From a virus (lineage: Duplodnaviria > Caudoviricetes): DNA of 40,810 nt. The stretch's first letter is position 1, and each line of letters starts with the position of its first letter. Shown piece by piece: positions 35,612-40,810 of this stretch. A program made the position numbers and the translations under genes. The DNA lies in IMG/VR virus record IMGVR_UViG_3300043672_000020, positions 1 through 40,810 of that record; one strand, 5' to 3'. The notes beneath the pieces were generated by a model that searched no databases, was not told where the DNA came from, and worked only from the letters and a program-made list of their open reading frames with translations.

Positions 35612-35709
35612 CCCGTCGCGAGCGACGGATCCTGATCGCCCTGGCCATCGTCTACGGATCCGTGGCAGGTTTCCTGCTCGCCGCCCTGGCCTGGACGGTG
35701 ACGCGGTGA
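35608..35709 (+). CDS. 33-aa single-TM peptide (below ORF-track cutoff)
   Basis: MTRRERRILIALAIVYGSVAGFLLAALAWTVTR; GTGA overlaps at both ends. Confidence 0.6.
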   Translation: MTRRERRILIALAIVYGSVAGFLLAALAWTVTR

Positions 35710-35873
35710 AGGATCCGAACTGGAGGTGCTGGATCTGCATGAGGCCCTTGCGCTGGTGGCAGTTTCGTTTGGATCTGTGCCGTGAATGCGCCCAGCACCG
35801 TAACGATCGCAACTGGCGGCTGCATCACTACACGTCCGGAATCGACCAGCCCGCAGACACCTGGAGAGGCTAG
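35706..35873 (+). CDS. 55-aa CxxC...CxxC protein (below ORF-track cutoff)
   Basis: MKDPNWRCWICMRPLRWWQFRLDLCRECAQ...; coupled to both neighbours (GTGA, TAGTG). Confidence 0.55.
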   Translation: MKDPNWRCWICMRPLRWWQFRLDLCRECAQHRNDRNWRLHHYTSGIDQPADTWRG

Positions 35874-36808
35874 TGAAGAAGACCCTGCTGGTGCTTGCCC
35901 CCCTGGCCGGGCTTTTGACCGTTCCGGTGCTGATGCTGACGTTCCTGTCCGGCCCGCCGAAGATCCCGGGTGCCAGTCTGACCGGTGGGGAGACTGCGAA
36001 CTGCTCCGTTCCCGCGCCGACCGGTGACCTGGGGGCGTCGGCGGTCGCGGCGCACGCCTACCGGGCCGGATTCCGAGGGCAGGACGTCAACATCGCTGTG
36101 GCGGTCGCGCGAGCGGAGTCCGGCTGGGACGCCAAGGCCACTAACCGGAACGGCAACGGCTCGGTGGATTACGGGCTGATCCAGATCAACTCGGTCCATG
36201 AGGCGATCCTGGCGACCGGCAACTGGGCCGATCCCGGAGACAATATGGCCATGGCCTTCACTGTCTGGTCGGACGCCGGGAAGTCGTGGGGTCCGTGGGT
36301 GACCTACTGGTCCGGATCCTACCGACAGTACTTGACGAATGTTGACGTCCATCCGACGTGTGTGCAGCCGGTCGTCGGCACGTGTGCGGCCCCGAAAGAC
36401 CTGAGCCAGTACCAGAACGGGCTGATCCCGGCCAGTGCACTCTGCACCCTCTGGGCCGACCGTAGGCACCGTCTACGCTCGGACGCGGCCACCTCGTTCG
36501 ATGCGCTCGCGCGGGCCTACCAGCAGCACTTCGGTTCCAAGCCGTGCATCACCGACTCCTACCGGTCGCTGGCCGCACAGATCGACGTGGCCCGGCGCAA
36601 GCCCGGACTGGCCGCCCGGCCCGGCACCTCCAACCACGGCTGGGGCCTGGCACTCGACCTGGGCTGCGGGTTGCAGACAGCAGGCAGTGATCAGGATGTG
36701 TGGATGCACCAGAACGCGGAGCGGTTCGGCTGGCATCACCCCGGATGGGCTGAACCATCCGGATCGAAACCTGAAAGTTGGCACTGGGAGATGGTGGGAG
36801 CACGATGA
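35873..36808 (+). CDS. bifunctional cell-wall hydrolase: lytic transglycosylase + M15 (VanY-like) peptidase
   Basis: N-terminal signal/anchor; AVARAESG, DYGLIQIN, WGPW (lysozyme-like); DSYRS...PGTSNHGWGLALD...ESWHWE (M15 zinc peptidase). Confidence 0.88.
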   Translation: MKKTLLVLAPLAGLLTVPVLMLTFLSGPPKIPGASLTGGETANCSVPAPTGDLGASAVAAHAYRAGFRGQDVNIAVAVARAESGWDAKATNRNGNGSVDYGLIQINSVHEAILATGNWADPGDNMAMAFTVWSDAGKSWGPWVTYWSGSYRQYLTNVDVHPTCVQPVVGTCAAPKDLSQYQNGLIPASALCTLWADRRHRLRSDAATSFDALARAYQQHFGSKPCITDSYRSLAAQIDVARRKPGLAARPGTSNHGWGLALDLGCGLQTAGSDQDVWMHQNAERFGWHHPGWAEPSGSKPESWHWEMVGAR

Positions 36809-37074
36809 GCGCGATTGATGACGTCGCCAACGCGGCGGGCAGGAAACTACGGGCACAGGCAGCGCTTGATGCCGCGAACGATGAACTGACGGACGCGCTG
36901 ATAAATCTGCATCGAGAGTGGAAGGGGACGACCCCGAAGTACCGGATCGGCTGGATCGTCCGGGACTTCCTGTCCCGCCACGGGTTCACCCCGTACATGA
37001 TCCGGCGGCTGGCCATCTCTGATGGCAGCGTACGGAACATGCTGGACAAGGGAAAGCCCCCTCACGAATCGTGA
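36805..37074 (+). CDS. small helical protein, possible C-terminal HTH
   Basis: ATGA overlap, GGGAG RBS; last gene of the operon; LAISDGSVRNML resembles a recognition helix. Confidence 0.6.
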   Translation: MSAIDDVANAAGRKLRAQAALDAANDELTDALINLHREWKGTTPKYRIGWIVRDFLSRHGFTPYMIRRLAISDGSVRNMLDKGKPPHES

Positions 37075-37079
37075 GGGGG
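37057..37079. terminator. hairpin at the convergence of + and - operons
   Basis: CCCCCTCACG-AAT-CGTGAGGGGG, perfect 10-bp stem. Confidence 0.6.
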
Positions 37080-37085
37080 ATCCTC

Positions 37086-37292
37086 CTACCAGTCGTACGT
37101 CGGTGCTTCCTTGTATTCCTGGCTGGTGAGGTGCCAGCCGTTGCACATGCCGCACTCGTAGTACCGGATCGGGATGGTGTGACGGATGATTCCTTTACTC
37201 TCCTTGATCCTGGTCAGCGCCTTTTTCGCCTCCGAGACGTCCCGGTACCTGACCTTCCTGGTCACACATCCCGCGCGGCGGGAACGTCTCAC
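37086..37292 (-). CDS. small zinc-ribbon-like phage protein
   Basis: C..KVRY....A..AL...RYYECGMCNGWHLTS pattern common in phages; coupled to the upstream gene. Confidence 0.75.
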   Translation of the reverse strand: MRRSRRAGCVTRKVRYRDVSEAKKALTRIKESKGIIRHTIPIRYYECGMCNGWHLTSQEYKEAPTYDW

Positions 37293-37756
37293 AGTGCCTC
37301 ATAGTCCGGGTCATGGACGTGCGGCTCGTACAGGTCGGACACCCGATGTTCCGGTCGGTGCAGGCCCGCATGTTCCCGCTCCAGCCCGGCCAGGGACGGC
37401 TCGTCCGACATCTGAGCGTGAAAGATCCTCAGGTGCGCCAGCATTGACCCCGGCTCCAGGAATTTGACCGGTGTGGCGTACGGCTTCGTCTTGTCCTTGC
37501 CCCGCTTGCCGATCTCGATGCCACCGAACTTCGTGGCCACCAGCCCCTTCGCGGTCGCCTCGGCCACCCGGGGATCCTCCTGCGGAGCGGGCTGGCTGAC
37601 GACTTTCACGTCTCCGGTCCGCTCGCCGGACCAGGTCTTCTTCCCCGGCGAGGAGATCGTGAAGACCTGACCGGGCTTGCGCTCGATGACGGTCCAGTGG
37701 CAACCGGTCTTGTCCTCGACCACCCACCCCTTGTGCACGTCCTTCCAGTCGGTCAT
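37289..37756 (-). CDS. hypothetical protein, His-rich C-terminus
   Basis: Typical codon usage; ATG 37756 overlaps the stop of the upstream small ORF. Confidence 0.72.
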   Translation of the reverse strand: MTDWKDVHKGWVVEDKTGCHWTVIERKPGQVFTISSPGKKTWSGERTGDVKVVSQPAPQEDPRVAEATAKGLVATKFGGIEIGKRGKDKTKPYATPVKFLEPGSMLAHLRIFHAQMSDEPSLAGLEREHAGLHRPEHRVSDLYEPHVHDPDYEAL

Positions 37757-37875
37757 TTCAGCCACCCCTTGATACCTATTCGACAGTTATGGCACTTGAA
37801 CTTCAGACCCGACCATTCGCGGGTGAGCGGAGTCATCCGGCCGACTCGATGGCCGCGCAGCAGATGCCAGATCAT
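37753..37875 (-). CDS. 40-aa hypothetical protein (below ORF-track cutoff)
   Basis: MIWHLLRGHRVGRMTPLTREWSGLKFKCHNCRIGIKGWLK; ATGA overlaps at both ends fill the gap exactly. Confidence 0.55.
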   Translation of the reverse strand: MIWHLLRGHRVGRMTPLTREWSGLKFKCHNCRIGIKGWLK

Positions 37876-38195
37876 GATTTCGCCCTCTCCAGCATCAAGC
37901 GAATCAGGGTTGCCCCGAGAGTTTCACCAGTGTCACCTTCGCAAGCCAGCCAGCAAGTACTGTCCCAACACATGGTGTAGCTGCCGCCCTTCCATCCCTC
38001 GTAAGTCGCTCCGAGCGCAGACCGTGCCGCTGCCAGCATGTCGGCCACCCTGACGTTCTTGGCTGGCTCGAACGCGACATCCTCGTAGAAGCCACGGTAG
38101 GAGTGTGGATCGCTGAAACCATCCGGGCAGATGGCGTTCTGGTCGGCGGAGGCCAACGCATTGATCAGGTCGCCGAGGCGCATGTTCCCGATCAT
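37872..38195 (-). CDS. hypothetical phage protein
   Basis: PHSYRGFYEDVAFEP...GATYEGWKGG block; ATGA coupling. Confidence 0.75.
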   Translation of the reverse strand: MIGNMRLGDLINALASADQNAICPDGFSDPHSYRGFYEDVAFEPAKNVRVADMLAAARSALGATYEGWKGGSYTMCWDSTCWLACEGDTGETLGATLIRLMLERAKS

Positions 38196-38419
38196 GATGC
38201 CGCCTTCTGCTCACACTGCTTGCAGAGCGGACGTCGTGCGGCTTCGCCGTTTTCAGAATGAGAGGCGAAAGGAGCACCAGGGCCGCGCCAGCCGATGGGG
38301 TCGAACCAGGGAGGTATCCGACCGCACAATGCCGAACCGTGTTGTGACAGATTGCTTTTCAACCGCAGATGAGCCGACTTCCCCTGATTGGTGTAGACGC
38401 GGACCAGTTCATCACTCAT
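38192..38419 (-). CDS. small H/C metal-binding hypothetical protein
   Basis: AHL...ALCG...CKQC; coupled. Confidence 0.68.
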   Translation of the reverse strand: MSDELVRVYTNQGKSAHLRLKSNLSQHGSALCGRIPPWFDPIGWRGPGAPFASHSENGEAARRPLCKQCEQKAAS

Positions 38420-38600
38420 CGGGCACCTTGTAGCCTTCCCGTTCGGCGCATTCGACGTGCCACGGCTCGCGGTTGATGAAGACGATCTCCTCGCCCCGGT
38501 CGACGAAGTCGCCGTCCGGGCCGTAGCAGTTGCCGTCGAAGAACGCCTTGAACTTCGCCGTCGTCCGGCCGGTGTACTTCCGTAGTTTTTCCATGATCAT
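38412..38600 (-). CDS. small hypothetical protein
   Basis: AKF...F.G.C...GEEI...WHVECA; start moved to the coupled ATG 38600. Confidence 0.62.
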   Translation of the reverse strand: MIMEKLRKYTGRTTAKFKAFFDGNCYGPDGDFVDRGEEIVFINREPWHVECAEREGYKVPDE

Positions 38601-38854
38601 CTCTTTCGGTTGATGGGTGTAACGCTGATGACAGTGTGTGCTGGACCGTCCCTGTAGGCGATGATGTTCGGTCCGATGGCGTCCCGGTAACCATTGGCGT
38701 GCTGGCCGCACACTTCCAGGGCGAACGCGTCGCCGCCGCTAATCAGGAGCGCCCGGAAGGAGCGCTGGTCGTTGCAGGACGGCACCTCACAGCGCCGATG
38801 AGCAGGCAGCAGGGACAGGCCACGCGCCGTCCGGGACGGCCCACCTTTACTCAT
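38597..38854 (-). CDS. small hypothetical protein (CxxxxC...CxxH)
   Basis: Start moved to ATG 38854 overlapping the upstream gene end. Confidence 0.58.
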   Translation of the reverse strand: MSKGGPSRTARGLSLLPAHRRCEVPSCNDQRSFRALLISGGDAFALEVCGQHANGYRDAIGPNIIAYRDGPAHTVISVTPINRKR

Positions 38855-39341
38855 CGTCGCGCGCCAGCCGAAGGCCGTAGTTCTGGCCCCGTTTCGCGAC
38901 CATCCACCGGCCGGACATGACGCCGCCGACGGCGATGCCCTGAGTGATGGCCGTCCCCACCAGGTCGGCCACGAACATCGGGAAGGTCCGGGTATCAAGG
39001 GGGTCATTGACCGCCGTCAGCATCACGTACTTCGCGGACCGTCCGGAGCGGACATGATCCAGTTGGAATGCGGCCGAGAACGGCACGTTGTCCCGCCATT
39101 CCGGCTCCAGGTACACCAGTCGCCAGGTGTTGTCCCTGCGGATCGGGCGTTCCATCCGGGTAAAGTGCACGCGCGGCTCCCGCTCCGGGACCGGGATACT
39201 TTCCCAGATTTGGCTGCGTTCCAGCCGTTCACCGGTCACCGTGTCCTCGTAATGGCTGAGCGGGTGGTAGTCACCGGGATAGTGCAGCAGGGAGCCGTCC
39301 GGGTGGTACGGGGCCGTCAGGACTTTCGTCTTCCGGGCCAT
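38847..39341 (-). CDS. hypothetical phage protein
   Basis: EWRDNVPF...GRSAKY...FPMFVADL...KRGQNYGLR; start moved to the coupled ATG 39341. Confidence 0.72.
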   Translation of the reverse strand: MARKTKVLTAPYHPDGSLLHYPGDYHPLSHYEDTVTGERLERSQIWESIPVPEREPRVHFTRMERPIRRDNTWRLVYLEPEWRDNVPFSAAFQLDHVRSGRSAKYVMLTAVNDPLDTRTFPMFVADLVGTAITQGIAVGGVMSGRWMVAKRGQNYGLRLARDDE

Positions 39342-39523
39342 CAGATGTAACCCTTCTCTTTCAGCGCCGCTTCCAGTCCATTCGCGATGGCCTGGAGGGC
39401 GGGGGCAGCATGACGGCCGGACAGGACGGCGCGGGACAGATAGGTGTACGCCTGGCTCGGGCCGCCACGGTCGATGGTGTACTGGTACGCCTCGTTGTAG
39501 AGGCGTTTCTGGTTCTCGTTCAT
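39341..39523 (-). CDS. hypothetical protein
   Basis: TGATG coupling at both ends. Confidence 0.65.
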   Translation of the reverse strand: MNENQKRLYNEAYQYTIDRGGPSQAYTYLSRAVLSGRHAAPALQAIANGLEAALKEKGYI

Positions 39524-39723
39524 CAGCGCGGCACCCCCTTGTAGATCGATTGGACCTGCCGGGTGACGAGCACCTGATGTCCGGTGTCGGCACAGTGCAG
39601 CCTCACGTCATCCAGTGTCGAGGAGGATTCGTGTCTGGTGAAAGAGCAACCACCCTCCTGGCATTCGGCAGAGGGATACGGGTCCGTGTGGGCCACCCGC
39701 ATCGCCTTCATCCGCCCGGCCAT
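39523..39723 (-). CDS. small CxxxxC...HxxxxxH zinc-finger-like protein
   Basis: CQEGGC...HCADTGH; TGATG coupling. Confidence 0.65.
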   Translation of the reverse strand: MAGRMKAMRVAHTDPYPSAECQEGGCSFTRHESSSTLDDVRLHCADTGHQVLVTRQVQSIYKGVPR

Positions 39724-40019
39724 CAGTTCGGTTGTGGACTGTAGAGGGTGTCGAGGATGCGCAGGTGGTGCTTCGCGGCCTCGTAGTCGGCCCTCTCCGG
39801 CGCAGGGATGCTGTCCAGGATGACGCTCAGCGCCCGACGTTCGCCGATCTTGATCAGCGCTTCATACGTCTTGATCGTCAACCGCAGCGCCTGGATGGCC
39901 GCTTCGCCGTCAGCCCGGCCCGCGTTGGGGTCGAGCACCGCACGCTTGCCGAGGCTGTGAGCCACCCCGATCATCATCCGGGCCATCTTCGGGACGTCGT
40001 CTATCTGCGTGAATGCCAT
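39723..40019 (-). CDS. hypothetical protein, first gene of the leftward operon
   Basis: AGGAGG RBS 4 nt before ATG 40019. Confidence 0.72.
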   Translation of the reverse strand: MAFTQIDDVPKMARMMIGVAHSLGKRAVLDPNAGRADGEAAIQALRLTIKTYEALIKIGERRALSVILDSIPAPERADYEAAKHHLRILDTLYSPQPN

Positions 40020-40050
40020 GATGCCTCCTGGTGTGTTGTCGTCGAGTTGC

Positions 40051-40087
40051 AGTGTACTTGACAACCCCTTGTCAACGCAAGTACAGT
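40051..40087. promoter_or_regulatory. overlapping divergent promoters with perfect palindromic operator
   Basis: Rightward TTGACA (40058)-N18-TACAGT (40082); leftward TTGCGT-N18-TACACT (40080 to 40051); TTGACAA-CCCC-TTGTCAA at 40058-40075; outer inverted repeat TGTACTTG/CAAGTACA. Confidence 0.72.
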
Positions 40088-40128
40088 CGGCGGTGTCACG
40101 TACGACTTAATCCCGCACTGGAGGACGA

Positions 40129-40383
40129 ATGGCCAAGGCCAGGAAGTACACGGAACAGTTCTCTTTCGTGGGAACGTCAACGGCCTACGATCTGATGGTG
40201 GCGGTCGCCGAGCGGATCGAGATCGACAAGGCGCCGATCGTCCGGACCGCCGTCGATCAGATGTTCGGTCTGGTGGACGGTGAACTGCGCCCGGGAGACA
40301 CCTTCGAGTCGGCCATCCAGCGGATCACCAACCTGCTGGATCCGGTGATCACGGCAACCGAGCCCGAGCAGATCGCCGTCTAA
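40129..40383 (+). CDS. ribbon-helix-helix (CopG/Arc-like) DNA-binding protein
   Basis: Basic N-terminus, alternating strand EQFSFVG, helix YDLMVAVAERIE, helix KAPIVRTAVDQM; GGAGG RBS. Confidence 0.62.
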   Translation: MAKARKYTEQFSFVGTSTAYDLMVAVAERIEIDKAPIVRTAVDQMFGLVDGELRPGDTFESAIQRITNLLDPVITATEPEQIAV

Positions 40384-40420
40384 GGAGCCCCCTGGATCAA
40401 CCCCCGATCCAGGGGGCTCC
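40384..40420 (+). terminator. 15-bp perfect hairpin after the RHH gene
   Basis: GGAGCCCCCTGGATC-AACCCCC-GATCCAGGGGGCTCC directly after the stop codon. Confidence 0.75.
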
Positions 40421-40609
40421 GGCGTATTGTCGAAGCCCCGCCAGACACACGAACAGCCCCTCGTCGCGCTGCTGGCCAGCGATGCGACGGGGGCTGTCGG
40501 CGTTAGGAGACTTCCGCGTGACGAAGACTATCAGCGACCCCACATCTTGTGGTCGGTCTTCCCGTGCACCACAACGCCGCGACCGTCTTCGGCAGGGCCC
40601 AGCCAGTGG

Positions 40610-40652
40610 AACGTCCCCCACCCCTCGCGATGAAGGGTTGGGGGACGTTTTT
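40610..40652 (+). terminator. intrinsic terminator-like hairpin with U tract
   Basis: AACGTCCCCCA...TGGGGGACGTT followed by TTT; no credible CDS immediately upstream. Confidence 0.55.
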
Positions 40653-40810
40653 CGCCCTCGAACGACGTCCATGACGCAGCGCTATCGATCGACTACCCAT
40701 AGTACTCACTTTGCTGTACACGCAGTCATAAAGCATCTACAGAGAGTAGGAGTGTAGGGTTGTGTATGGGTTTACGGTTTACCCACGGACAAACACCAAA
40801 ACAAAGAAAA

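Larger units (their letters stand above)
1..40810. mobile_element. actinobacterial siphovirus-like phage or prophage (partial; ends not visible)
   Basis: Canonical terS-terL-portal-MuF-scaffold-capsid-neck-tail-tape measure-lysis order; no sheath gene; high GC; leaderless promoters. Confidence 0.9.

Overview
High-GC, actinobacterial siphovirus-type (pro)phage segment. The + strand carries an HNH endonuclease, a hairpin-rich non-coding region containing an atypical tRNA(CAT), a secreted host-like protein, and complete packaging/head, neck/tail and lysis modules. After a terminator comes a tightly coupled 10-gene operon resembling a Gram-positive conjugative mating-pair (T4SS-like) apparatus: pilin-like, VirB3/TcpE-like, VirB4 ATPase, VirB6-like, VirB8-like and a transglycosylase-peptidase. 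No relaxase or coupling protein is visible. Small minus-strand phage genes and a divergent ribbon-helix-helix gene end the window. Highlights: (1) a 322-aa intein in the MuF-like head gene whose endonuclease (HTH + Vsr/DUF559-like) is a separate gene on the opposite strand; (2) the conjugation-like operon, whose promoter shares an 18-bp palindrome with three other phage promoters; (3) a shared 24-aa leader on scaffold and major capsid; (4) a secreted FN3-GH26 enzyme inside the tail operon. No integrase, replication genes or att sites were recognised. All family calls come from motifs read by eye and gene order; no searches were run.
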